A stretch of DNA of 32,188 nt from a virus (lineage: Duplodnaviria; Caudoviricetes). The first letter of the stretch is position 1, and the number at the start of each line of letters is the position of its first letter. The position numbers and the translations under genes are program-made. The stretch lies in IMG/VR virus record IMGVR_UViG_3300035162_000133, positions 1 through 32,188 of that record. The stretch is one strand, 5' to 3'. This document shows positions 8,627 through 17,701 of this stretch, piece by piece. A model generated the notes under the pieces. It was not told where the DNA came from. It saw only the letters and a program-made list of their open reading frames with translations, and made no database searches.

Positions 8627-9463
8627 CTAAAAAGTTGTTGTTAATTTATTTTGCCATAGTTTAATACTTGCAGTCCATTGTATATTAGTTTCTGCTGCAC
8701 CTGTAACATTAACACCAAATGATGTTGCAGTTACATCTTTCATAGTAGCAGTTGCAGTTAAGCCTCCTGCTGCTATTGTTGTTGATGTTTGTGTATATGT
8801 TGATGCTAACCCATTAGTAAATACTACTGCACCTTTTAATTGTAAATAAATATATTGACCTACTTCTCCTTCTCCACCACCATAATTTACACCTATTACA
8901 TTAGATTCAAAACCTATTACAGAATTTTTTACTTTTTGTATATATGTTAAAGGTAAGTATTGTACTAGTAAAGCAGTTTCAGTATTATTTGTAGTTTTAT
9001 TAGATTGCTGAACAAATGATACTTGACTTAATCCTACTGCATTGTTAAAACCACCACCACCTAAAACTACTTCCCCTTGATTTACTATACTAGCTAAACT
9101 TCCTGCTATTATTGAACTATTATTAATTCCTGTTTGTATTTCATTTCTTTCTCCTGTTATTAATATATTAGTATTATTACCTTTTGTTGTATTAGAAGAA
9201 CCTATTATTACTAAATTATTTGAATTTCTTTCTGTATTATTATTTTGACCATTAATTTTATTGTTCTTATTAGTAATTCTATTATTAAGTAAAGAATTAT
9301 ACCTATAAGCACTACAAGTTCCTGATTCAACATTAAAATTATAACCATAAGCTTCACATACTACCTGATTAGCTAATACTTGTTGAGTTCCATTAGTAAA
9401 TAAAACTTCCCCTGTGCTAGTAACTTCAGCAGGTTTTATTGTATATCCTTTTCTATAATCCAT
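8627..9463 (-). CDS. Putative tail fibre/spike
   Basis: Central Asn/Gly-rich short repeats (INGQNN, IIGSSN, ITGERN) typical of trimeric beta-helix/beta-roll shafts, plus a beta-rich C-terminal domain. Confidence 0.55.
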   Translation of the reverse strand: MDYRKGYTIKPAEVTSTGEVLFTNGTQQVLANQVVCEAYGYNFNVESGTCSAYRYNSLLNNRITNKNNKINGQNNNTERNSNNLVIIGSSNTTKGNNTNILITGERNEIQTGINNSSIIAGSLASIVNQGEVVLGGGGFNNAVGLSQVSFVQQSNKTTNNTETALLVQYLPLTYIQKVKNSVIGFESNVIGVNYGGGEGEVGQYIYLQLKGAVVFTNGLASTYTQTSTTIAAGGLTATATMKDVTATSFGVNVTGAAETNIQWTASIKLWQNKLTTTF

Positions 9464-12291
9464 TATGGTATAAGTATAAATTCTACAGTAGATAAATCAT
9501 TAGGCTTGTACTCTATTTTATTAACTCTATACTTTCTGTTTTTAATCATAACTTTATTTGCAAAATCAAAGTCGTGAACATCAGAAGCATTTAGATTAAC
9601 TTTTAATGTCATAATTCTTGTATTTATATTATACAACTCAAAATAATATTGCGACCAATAACTATTAAATAAATTATTTGCAGGTGCTGAACCTATAGGG
9701 CTAATTAATGCACAAGCCCCAAAATTATAATCATCACTATCAGTTGGTAAAGGTGGGTTACTAATTACAGTAGGTATTCTAGATAAATGACTAAATTGTA
9801 AAAAATCATCTTGGTTTTCAGCTGAGTAACCATTTGCTTCAGGAATAAAATAAGTTGTTCCTGTATATTTCTTTCCGTTGTTATATAGTATTCTAGGTAA
9901 ATTATCGTACCCTTCATTCTCTGTGTTATCATCATTTGATGAAAATATAGATGGTACAACAAAACTTGCAAATACTGCATATAAAGGTTTAACAATAGTT
10001 GCAGCAAATGGATTGCCTGAAATTTCTTCTTCTCCTTCTAATAAAGTAAAATCAAATTGATTTTTAGCATCCCATATTTTCTCTCCATAAAGCTGACCAT
10101 TAGTTGCTCTTTTATATTCATTAAAAGTATAATCATCATCATCTTCTTCATATTTAAAAGTAGTTTTAGATAATAAATCTAAAGGCTTTAATTTGATTTG
10201 GGTAGTATCAATTTTATCTGTCCAATCTAAGTTTATACTTCTTTCTAATAATGTTGTACCTGCAGTTCTTATATTAAAAATATCATCATAAGGTTCTATA
10301 ATAAGCCTACCTTCTTTTGTCTTATCTTCTAGTATTATTAAATTAAACATATTAAAAATACCTTTAAGAAATTCCCATTGACCTAACCCACCTCTTTCAG
10401 TATTTAATAATGTATTAGAAGTAGTAGAAACTAAAGAAACTGAAGCAACTAAAAGTGCTGAATATGGTCCGTATATTCTATCTTGCTTAACTGTACCCCC
10501 TGTTGCCCTAAATTGTGCTTCTAATGTATCTCCTAGTATTAAAGTTCTAGTAAAATTACCTATATAAAAATATCTTGTAGCACTATTTATTGTAGTAGTA
10601 GTAAAAGTAACAGAAGTATAATCAATTTCCCCTAAAGGATAAACTACCCCTGAACTATTTTTATGTACCCACCTAAACTCTCCTGTTGCACCACTTGTTA
10701 CATTAAACCCATAAGTATAATCCATATTATAAGTTGCACCATTTGATTGTGCAGTAAACTTATAATTTGTCCAACCCATCTCTGTACTTGGTATAGGGTT
10801 AAATTGATTAATTTGTAAAGCAGAATACACAGAAGTTGCAGTATTATCTACTGTTGCTAATGAAGATACATACCTACCATCAGTTGTTCCTTCAAAGTCT
10901 GATGGTGCAGAACCTGTACCCCAATTAAAGTCCATAAATAATTTAGTAAACTTATCTGTATTTAAAAATACTGATGAATAAGTAAAGCCTGATGTAGCAA
11001 ATATATTATCTAATAAATACTTACAATTTATAAAAGGTCTAAAAGCATCTTCTAATGTTTTAAGTTCAGGAGAACCTGTATTTGCTGATGGATTTGAACC
11101 ATCTGCAATTACTATATTCCCTGTCCAATCTACAAAAGGATATTTTAATACTTGAGTATGTGTATCATTATAAGCACCTGCAAAAGAGTTAGTACTTAAA
11201 GGTGTGCTTAATAAAATACCTGTAGAATCCCAACTTGATTTGATATTAGATTTATTATATAAATGGTCTAGTTCATTTAGTGCAGTTAAATCACTAATAG
11301 TTTTGGATTTTAATTCATCTATTAATGTTATTGATGTAGAAAATAAATTAACACTATAGCTTATTTCTTTATCTTGATCTATTATATCTATTAACCTTAA
11401 ATAACCTTTAAAAATATTATAACCATCTTGCTTTAAAATACATTGTGTCTTTTTATATGGGTTAAAACTATATATATCCCATCTTTTTGTTACTTCAAAT
11501 AAATGACTAAATATTTTGTTGTTTCTTTTTGTTGCAGGTAATTTAAAATCCTTAGTATAGCTTTGTGTTTTTTCAGCTACGTTCTTAAAATTATCTACTG
11601 ATAGACTTAATGGTATATCTTCTTCTTCGTATAAATCACATATTACTTGACCATTTTCTAAATCAGTATAAACTAATGTTGGTGCTATTGATGATTCTTT
11701 TATACTTATATGATTAATATGTATTGTTCTATTATTAGAATTAACATAAGATAAAGCTAATATTTCTTCTGTATGGTCAGCAACAAAATTTACAGATTGA
11801 TAACCTGTAGTTCCAGTACCCCAAGCAGTATTTAATGTATTAGCTTGTAATGTTGTAATAGAGCCTGTAATAGTTCCACCCACTAAACCTACATATAAAA
11901 TACCCCCTACACCTGCTTGTGTAATTTTAACCTTTAATTCATAACTAGCACCTACTGTTAAACCATTAATTAATTGATATACTCCACTAATTGAAGAACT
12001 TGAACCTACTGCTGAATGTAATTCTAATTTATTTACATTATCTCTTGAAGGCATAGCACAAGGCGCCCAAAAAGGATTAGATGAAGGTCTGAATCTATAC
12101 CAATTTGAAACAGGTGGTGCTATATTAATAGCATCAGCAGTAACATATTGTTCAGTAGAATAAACACCACCAAAAGAAGGTATTGTATTAAAGTTTGTAT
12201 TATCAACTACATATTGATTAAATACAGGTGTAGATACTGATGAATAAGAACCATCTAATGCTTGAGGTATTAATACTAATTGTATGCTCAT
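9463..12291 (-). CDS. Large tail tip/baseplate protein with inserted CBM-like domains
   Basis: 942 aa in the tail module with DLYEEEDIPL...SYTKDFKLPAT, EFLKGIFNMFNL and YRVNKIEY tail-hub-like segments. Confidence 0.65.
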   Translation of the reverse strand: MSIQLVLIPQALDGSYSSVSTPVFNQYVVDNTNFNTIPSFGGVYSTEQYVTADAINIAPPVSNWYRFRPSSNPFWAPCAMPSRDNVNKLELHSAVGSSSSISGVYQLINGLTVGASYELKVKITQAGVGGILYVGLVGGTITGSITTLQANTLNTAWGTGTTGYQSVNFVADHTEEILALSYVNSNNRTIHINHISIKESSIAPTLVYTDLENGQVICDLYEEEDIPLSLSVDNFKNVAEKTQSYTKDFKLPATKRNNKIFSHLFEVTKRWDIYSFNPYKKTQCILKQDGYNIFKGYLRLIDIIDQDKEISYSVNLFSTSITLIDELKSKTISDLTALNELDHLYNKSNIKSSWDSTGILLSTPLSTNSFAGAYNDTHTQVLKYPFVDWTGNIVIADGSNPSANTGSPELKTLEDAFRPFINCKYLLDNIFATSGFTYSSVFLNTDKFTKLFMDFNWGTGSAPSDFEGTTDGRYVSSLATVDNTATSVYSALQINQFNPIPSTEMGWTNYKFTAQSNGATYNMDYTYGFNVTSGATGEFRWVHKNSSGVVYPLGEIDYTSVTFTTTTINSATRYFYIGNFTRTLILGDTLEAQFRATGGTVKQDRIYGPYSALLVASVSLVSTTSNTLLNTERGGLGQWEFLKGIFNMFNLIILEDKTKEGRLIIEPYDDIFNIRTAGTTLLERSINLDWTDKIDTTQIKLKPLDLLSKTTFKYEEDDDDYTFNEYKRATNGQLYGEKIWDAKNQFDFTLLEGEEEISGNPFAATIVKPLYAVFASFVVPSIFSSNDDNTENEGYDNLPRILYNNGKKYTGTTYFIPEANGYSAENQDDFLQFSHLSRIPTVISNPPLPTDSDDYNFGACALISPIGSAPANNLFNSYWSQYYFELYNINTRIMTLKVNLNASDVHDFDFANKVMIKNRKYRVNKIEYKPNDLSTVEFILIP

Positions 12292-13760
12292 TATACTGCT
12301 TGTGTTCTTTTGTTATGTGTTTTTTCTAATTCAAATGTATATTGTATTAATTTATCATTTGCTTTAGTTTTTCTTATGTAGTTAGATGTTGTTACTGTTA
12401 CAGGTTCTACATATTTATTAGTTATTCCACTTCTTGTATCTTGTACTGTGTCATTATACCCATTTAATATATATACTTCTGTTGAATTAATTAAATCTTC
12501 AAACCATACTGCATCACTTTCTAATAAGAAATCTGTATTTACAGTAACTAATTGTTTTGTATTTACTCTAAAATTCTTTTTACCACCTTTATAACCATTA
12601 ATTCTAAATTTACTATCATTCCAAGTACCACCAAGTTGTGTATAGTTATTTCTATTTGTTTGTAATGACTTAACTGATTTTTTATTAAATGTATAATAAT
12701 CCCAAACACCATAAGGATTTAACCAAGTTAGTCTTATAGCTTCATAACCACCACAAGGGTTATCTATAACATTAATTTTATACAACTGACTTATTTTTAT
12801 ATTTTGGTCATCATAGGCTTGTATAGTATAATAACTAAGGTTACCTGAAGTAGATGTTCCTCTGAATGCTGAACTCCAATTATATAAATTAGCAGGAAAT
12901 GCACCAAAGAATAGTAACCTGCTATGTACTGATGAATTAGCTATATTTAAACCACCATTAATTTTATTAGCTTCTACTTGTATCGTTAATAATTGTGTGC
13001 CTGAACTATCATAAACTATAATATCTATATAATTAACCATAGGTATAACTGAATCATCTGTACCTACTTGAAAACCTGTATCACTTAAATTTAAAAAATT
13101 AAAAAAAGATAAAGTTCCATAATCAGTAATTCTAGCAAATTGTTCAATAGGTGCATTACTTAAAAATTTACCTAAACTTCCATAGTAATCATTAAAAACT
13201 AATTTAGGTACATTTAAATTAAAACCATAGTTACCTCTCTTTAACACTAAAGGGTCATCATAATCTAAAACTCCATTATAAATTAGATAAGGTTCTGATA
13301 ACAATTCTTTTAAAAAACTTGTTCTTGAATTAGCATCAGCAGTATCATAATATTCTATATTAAAACCTATTTGAAAATAATTAGTAACATTTCTGTTTAA
13401 ACAGTATTTATCTATTAAATGTATAGGGTGTGGTGTATTTAAACTATAATCTACCATTTTAAATTGACTTAAAATAAAACCATCAAAATCTTGTCCTTCG
13501 TGTTGTGAATTAACATAACTTTCTAATATAGATTGTAGTGAGAAAATACCTACACCTTTGTTATTAGGTGTTACTGATAAGTCAGCTATTTTATTTATTG
13601 TATTTGCAATATTTGAAGAAGTATTATTAATGTATAGTGATGCAGTAAATCTAACATCAAATTTAGTAGCTACTACTGTATTGTCTGAAACTGTAAATAT
13701 TATATCCTGACCTACTGCTAATAGGTTATAATATGGTTGTTGTTCTATTATAATACTCAT
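12291..13760 (-). CDS. Tail structural protein (distal tail/baseplate-like)
   Basis: 489 aa with C-terminal RLTWLNPYGVWDYYTF...EDLINSTEVY; located in the tail module. Confidence 0.55.
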   Translation of the reverse strand: MSIIIEQQPYYNLLAVGQDIIFTVSDNTVVATKFDVRFTASLYINNTSSNIANTINKIADLSVTPNNKGVGIFSLQSILESYVNSQHEGQDFDGFILSQFKMVDYSLNTPHPIHLIDKYCLNRNVTNYFQIGFNIEYYDTADANSRTSFLKELLSEPYLIYNGVLDYDDPLVLKRGNYGFNLNVPKLVFNDYYGSLGKFLSNAPIEQFARITDYGTLSFFNFLNLSDTGFQVGTDDSVIPMVNYIDIIVYDSSGTQLLTIQVEANKINGGLNIANSSVHSRLLFFGAFPANLYNWSSAFRGTSTSGNLSYYTIQAYDDQNIKISQLYKINVIDNPCGGYEAIRLTWLNPYGVWDYYTFNKKSVKSLQTNRNNYTQLGGTWNDSKFRINGYKGGKKNFRVNTKQLVTVNTDFLLESDAVWFEDLINSTEVYILNGYNDTVQDTRSGITNKYVEPVTVTTSNYIRKTKANDKLIQYTFELEKTHNKRTQAV

Positions 13761-14278
13761 ATTGTTTTTAAATTATTTAATATTTCTTCTTTAAGTGCTA
13801 ATATAATATCTTTTGGTAATCTATTTAAACCTAACCCTAAAGGTCTTTGGAAGAAACTAAGGCTCTTAATACCATCTCTTTTGATCTTCTTAGCTATTAA
13901 AAAAGCTAAAGACATATTAGTTATATATCTACCTGTTTTTTTATCTCTACCTTTAATACCTCTCATGCTTACCCATTTAGATAAAGGTTTAGCAGGTGGT
14001 TGTTTAGATGTGTATTTAAAAGGACTTGCGACTTTTCTACCATCAAATGTTGTAAACTCTTGTATCTTTTTATTTCCAGAAACTCCCTTATCTACAAACT
14101 CTCCGTAACTATCCATAGAAAAAGAAACAGTATAACCTTGTGCAGTATCAGTAACTTTAAATTTAATAGAATTGTATAAATCCTTAGTTACATTCTTTTT
14201 GCCTTTAGTTAAATTAGTTCTAGCTTGTTGAACAACATACCTACCAAAACTTTCTAAATATTTTTCTATAGCATCCAC
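13757..14278 (-). CDS. Putative tail completion/neck protein (HK97 gp10-like)
   Basis: Basic 173-aa protein with LYNSI, YGEFVDKG and GIK..FF motifs. Confidence 0.6.
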   Translation of the reverse strand: MDAIEKYLESFGRYVVQQARTNLTKGKKNVTKDLYNSIKFKVTDTAQGYTVSFSMDSYGEFVDKGVSGNKKIQEFTTFDGRKVASPFKYTSKQPPAKPLSKWVSMRGIKGRDKKTGRYITNMSLAFLIAKKIKRDGIKSLSFFQRPLGLGLNRLPKDIILALKEEILNNLKTI

Positions 14279-14721
14279 TAGATACTAGCAACAAATATTT
14301 CTACATCTAAAGTAGCAGCAGGATGTACTTGTATACTTGTTAAGTCAGCCATAGTTCCAAAGCTAGGACTAGTATCTGCTTCAGCTAACATAACAGTAAC
14401 TGCTGCACCTAAGATATGAGATTGCCCTGCTGCTAGAGTTACTTGGTATAATGTAGCTGCACCAACTACTGCTAATTCTAAAGCATTAGTAGTGTCTAAG
14501 TTAGTTATTCTAATGTATTTAACATCTTGTTTATCTATCTGAACTGCTGAACCAAAAGAATCAGAATCAAAAGTTGCAAGATGTGTAGTTTCATCTATTG
14601 TACAAGTAACAATTCTTTCATACACATTGTTTATTCCTGTAGTTGTTAAAGTGTTTGTTGATCCTCTTACTGCACCATTTAAGACTACTGATTCAGAAAG
14701 GGTTGTTGTTAAATCTGCCAT
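14278..14721 (-). CDS. Putative virion structural protein (beta-sandwich)
   Basis: 147 aa, Ala/Thr/Val-rich, contains KYIRITNLD; in the structural operon. Confidence 0.55.
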   Translation of the reverse strand: MADLTTTLSESVVLNGAVRGSTNTLTTTGINNVYERIVTCTIDETTHLATFDSDSFGSAVQIDKQDVKYIRITNLDTTNALELAVVGAATLYQVTLAAGQSHILGAAVTVMLAEADTSPSFGTMADLTSIQVHPAATLDVEIFVASI

Positions 14722-14724
14722 ATT

Positions 14725-14814
14725 TTATAATTTATAAGTTATTTTTGGTGGTATTAATTGTATTGTTAGTTTATTTATCTTTATCTTATTTAATCTCTTT
14801 AGTATCTTAAACAT
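14725..14814 (-). CDS. Unlisted 29-aa basic microprotein MFKILKRLNKIKINKLTIQLIPPKITYKL
   Basis: Fills the gap exactly. Its ATG overlaps the upstream TAA (TAATG) and its stop is 3 nt before the next ATG. Confidence 0.55.
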   Translation of the reverse strand: MFKILKRLNKIKINKLTIQLIPPKITYKL

Positions 14815-15308
14815 TATTGTATTGCATCAGTTGTTGCTTGTGGTGCTATACAAGTGTTGTATTCGTTTTCTATAATAACAGGCAGAGTAAATACCCAACC
14901 TGTAGGTGCATTATCAAATCTTTCTGTAAAAGGTTCTATATTTATATCTCCATCTGTAAAGTATTTAGGTAAAGCATCTAAACCTTGATTAGATAATAAA
15001 AGACTTTCCCCATTTTTAAACGTACCTATCAAGTCATTACATATTTGTAAGCAATCAGATAATACTTCTTGTTCATTACTAAGGTCAGGAAATACTAAGT
15101 CCATAATAAAGATTTGAAAGTTTATAGTCATCTGATGAGTTCCTGCTACTGCATTGACAGGTGTTATGTGCATTAATGGAAAATATGAGTTTTTAGCAAG
15201 ATCAACTTCCCATATATCTCCTGTAGTAATTGTCTTAATCATATAGTGTTGCTCTCCTAATTTCTTTAGAGTATCTATAGTATTGTTGTAATCTTTAAAG
15301 TATGTCAT
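14814..15308 (-). CDS. Putative tail terminator protein
   Basis: 164 aa, acidic, with FPLMHI, FQIFIMD and IEPFTERFD..GW pattern; sits among neck/tail genes. Confidence 0.55.
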   Translation of the reverse strand: MTYFKDYNNTIDTLKKLGEQHYMIKTITTGDIWEVDLAKNSYFPLMHITPVNAVAGTHQMTINFQIFIMDLVFPDLSNEQEVLSDCLQICNDLIGTFKNGESLLLSNQGLDALPKYFTDGDINIEPFTERFDNAPTGWVFTLPVIIENEYNTCIAPQATTDAIQ

Positions 15309-15550
15309 TGTTTAACTGATTTTGTTTCGTTTAAATCTGTTTCATAAGTTAGCCAAGTCAAACATTCATACAGGCTAAGATTAGTTATTCTTTCTAAGTT
15401 TATTATCTCTCCATTACACAATCGGTGCATTACACCAAACCATCCCCATTTGTCTGCAAATTGTTCTCCTGCATCCTGTCTAGTATCGCCTTGCTCTGTT
15501 CCATTAAATACAATGGCAAAATTATCGACAGTTCTTTCCCTAAAGTCCAA
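15305..15550 (-). CDS. -1 frame extension of the tail assembly chaperone (gpGT-like C-terminal part)
   Basis: No ATG. The frame begins at the T9 slippery run and its stop overlaps the next ATG (ATGA). Confidence 0.7.
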   Translation of the reverse strand: MDFRERTVDNFAIVFNGTEQGDTRQDAGEQFADKWGWFGVMHRLCNGEIINLERITNLSLYECLTWLTYETDLNETKSVKQ

Positions 15551-16074
15551 AAAAAAACCAGAGAACTATTAACATCTCTTGCCTTCATCTTCTCAAATTT
15601 CTTAGCCCTCATCCGTGAATCACTTATACCATAGGCTTCAATAGAATAATCTTTACCATCTCTCTCTGTTATTGGTCTGTATAATACTGCTATCAGCTTA
15701 GTTAAGTTATCTTCTAAACCATTCTTTAAGTACGTTTCTATATCTGCATACTCTCCTAAAGTTATTTCCTCTAAGTTAGGATGAAAGCCATACTCTACAT
15801 TATCTAACTTTATTATCTTTTTAAGTTTAGTATCTTCTTTTGCTTGTAAGTCTGATATTTTTTTTAATAATATTGCAACATCTCCTATAGCTAATTCATT
15901 TATAAGTTTCTTAGGTATATCAGATAAAACACTAATAGTATCTAGTGCATCTTGTGTTTTAGTTTTCTCTTTCCTACTTATAAGTTTAACCCATTTATCA
16001 AGTGTAACATCATCCCAACTTTTAATTAGATTGTAATTAGTTTTCTTGCCTTCTTTATTAATCTTGACTTGCAT
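15430..16074 (-). CDS. Putative tail assembly chaperone (gpG-like)
   Basis: 214 aa (SWDDVTL, YGFHPNLEEITLGEYADIE, AVLYRP). Contains a T9 slippery site leading into the overlapping -1 ORF. Confidence 0.65.
   Translation of the reverse strand: MQVKINKEGKKTNYNLIKSWDDVTLDKWVKLISRKEKTKTQDALDTISVLSDIPKKLINELAIGDVAILLKKISDLQAKEDTKLKKIIKLDNVEYGFHPNLEEITLGEYADIETYLKNGLEDNLTKLIAVLYRPITERDGKDYSIEAYGISDSRMRAKKFEKMKARDVNSSLVFFWTLGKELSIILPLYLMEQSKAILDRMQENNLQTNGDGLV
15549..15558 (-). other. Programmed -1 ribosomal frameshift site G-TTTTTTTTT
   Basis: CTG GTT TTT TTT TGG. The U UUU UUU heptamer gives ...VFF-LDFRER in the -1 frame, a 256-aa product. Confidence 0.7.
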
Positions 16075-16077
16075 ATT

Positions 16078-16107
16078 ATATAATAGAATTAGTTAATTTT
16101 TAGTTTA
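16078..16107 (-). promoter_or_regulatory. Putative late promoter, 3 nt before ATG 16074
   Basis: TCTATTATAT is exact. The upstream element is TAAA at N16 rather than CAAA at N15. Confidence 0.7.
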
Positions 16108-16113
16108 ATATCG

Positions 16114-16121
16114 TATATTTG
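16114..16121 (+). promoter_or_regulatory. Bacteroidota-type -7 box (TATATTTG) on the plus strand
   Basis: Matches TAnnTTTG and is intergenic. TTAG at 16089-16092, 21 nt upstream, is a possible -33 element. Confidence 0.55.
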
Positions 16122-16123
16122 CT

Positions 16124-16184
16124 ACGTTTTCATAATGTTTTAGTCTTAAAAAGGTGTTAATTCTTCAGAGTTGCACCTTTTTTT
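16124..16184 (+). ncRNA. Candidate small RNA antisense to early-gene start codons
   Basis: Lies between a -7 box and a U-tailed hairpin. Its 5' part GTTTTCATAAT is the reverse complement of ATTATGAAAAC. Confidence 0.5.
16148..16184 (+). terminator. Intrinsic terminator (plus-favoured, possibly bidirectional with terL)
   Basis: AAAAAGGTG-T-TAATTC-TTCA-GAGTTG-CACC-T7. Two G.U pairs form only in the plus-strand RNA. Confidence 0.75.
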
Positions 16185-17391
16185 ATTGTACATAATACTT
16201 ACCTGCATTTGGATTATCTAAATGATATATCACATTATACCTTACACCATCTATAGAATGATTATAATTGTCTACATATAACTTAGAACCCTTATCTGCA
16301 TATACATAATTGTTTAACTCTTTAGCTATGTTAGTAGATTCTGGAGATACTATTAGTTGATAGTCTTGCATACGAGTTATACCACTTTCTATAGTTCCTT
16401 TCTTAACAGGTTTAATGTTTACACCTAAATATCTTAAATCTTCTATTAATCTTGGTTCTGCACTATCTGCAATTATTAGTTTGTTTTGTACCTTTTGTAG
16501 TGTTATTTTAGCTAATTCGTGTGATTTTAAACCATTTCTGTAAATATGCTCTTTTAGATATATCTTCTTATGCTTTTTATCTATAGCTACTTCTGTTAAA
16601 GAATCAGGATCAACAGAAAAACCAAAGTCCATACCACAAGATGTTTGTAAGTTATCAGGATTAAATTCTCCTATTGTCCAATTATCAAATACAACACCCT
16701 CTGCTTTGTCTAACCAACCACCAAGTATCTTATGCAAATACTTTTTAGGATTGTTTCTTTTTAACCTATATATCCTTTCTAAGAAACTATCTGATAGATT
16801 TTGCTTGTTGTCTAAGTAGGTAGAATGTATGTAACACACATCATCTTTAGTACCATTGTAACCTGCTTTAATACCTCTGCTTTCAAAGAACTTCCTATAT
16901 ATCCAATGCTCTTTAGTTGTGGGGTTTAGTATTAATATAATTCTATTCTGTACGTTTTTCTCTCTTATACTTAAATCAATAGTGTCAAATATATTCTCAT
17001 CTACTAATTCTTCAGCTTCATCTAACACCCAACAACTTATTCCTTGTAATGACTTTAGGGATGCAGTCTGATTACCAGAAGATGTTTTAATACCTCTAAA
17101 TAGTATATCACTTTTAGTAGATTGATTAACTACTTCTGCTTTGTTAATGCTAAATATATTTGTAAAACCTAACAGTCCTATCTTTTCTAAAAACTCAGGT
17201 ATAATAGATAAGTGTGCAGATACCATAGTGTATCGTGTAAACAACACCCTAACCCCTTTAGACATAGTTAGTAGTGTTAAGAATACTGTAGCTGCAAATG
17301 ACTTACCTGATCCCCTCCCTCCTGTAATTATATAGTATCTACAATCAGAAGAAAATAGAACACTATACTTTTTATTCAGTTTCGGATTCAA
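16183..17391 (-). CDS. terL: Terminase large subunit (PBSX/SPP1-like)
   Basis: Walker A GGRGSGKS, Walker B WVLDEAEE, ILNP coupling motif, and nuclease motifs GMDFGFSVDP, ADSAEP and NHSIDGVRY. Confidence 0.95.
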   Translation of the reverse strand: MNPKLNKKYSVLFSSDCRYYIITGGRGSGKSFAATVFLTLLTMSKGVRVLFTRYTMVSAHLSIIPEFLEKIGLLGFTNIFSINKAEVVNQSTKSDILFRGIKTSSGNQTASLKSLQGISCWVLDEAEELVDENIFDTIDLSIREKNVQNRIILILNPTTKEHWIYRKFFESRGIKAGYNGTKDDVCYIHSTYLDNKQNLSDSFLERIYRLKRNNPKKYLHKILGGWLDKAEGVVFDNWTIGEFNPDNLQTSCGMDFGFSVDPDSLTEVAIDKKHKKIYLKEHIYRNGLKSHELAKITLQKVQNKLIIADSAEPRLIEDLRYLGVNIKPVKKGTIESGITRMQDYQLIVSPESTNIAKELNNYVYADKGSKLYVDNYNHSIDGVRYNVIYHLDNPNAGKYYVQ

Positions 17392-17641
17392 TGAAGTTTA
17401 TTATTGGTATGTTTAATGTTTCACTATTACTTGTTACATCAACTCTCTGTTGAGGTTTACCATAAAAGTATTCAAAGAATAATTTAACTGCCCATTGTTC
17501 TTTATTCTTTAAGCCTACCTCTAAAGACTTTAAAGCATCAGGATTCATTGGAGTTAAGTTCTCTATTAACTTTTGTTCTTCTGCTTTGCCTTTGCGACCA
17601 GCACCATCTCTTTTACCTCCGTTGTTTATTCGTTTATCCAT
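17372..17641 (-). CDS. terS: Terminase small subunit
   Basis: Directly upstream of and overlapping terL, with GGKRDGAGRK and YGKPQQRVD motifs. ATG 17641 is preferred over the TTG at 17665. Confidence 0.7.
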   Translation of the reverse strand: MDKRINNGGKRDGAGRKGKAEEQKLIENLTPMNPDALKSLEVGLKNKEQWAVKLFFEYFYGKPQQRVDVTSNSETLNIPIINFIESETE

Positions 17642-17672
17642 AATTGAAATAGATTGATTATTCAATCTTTAT

Positions 17673-17701
17673 ATATAATAGAAATTAGTTGTATTCATTT
17701 G
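17673..17701 (-). promoter_or_regulatory. Putative late promoter for terS-terL
   Basis: CAAA-N15-TCTATTATAT; the CAAA part lies within the end of the NinB-like gene. Confidence 0.75.

Noticed and set aside
10998-16993. Intragenic TATATTTG boxes on the minus strand (10998-11005, 16986-16993)
   Set aside because: They are inside coding regions with no associated gene start. They show that this 8-mer also arises by chance here.
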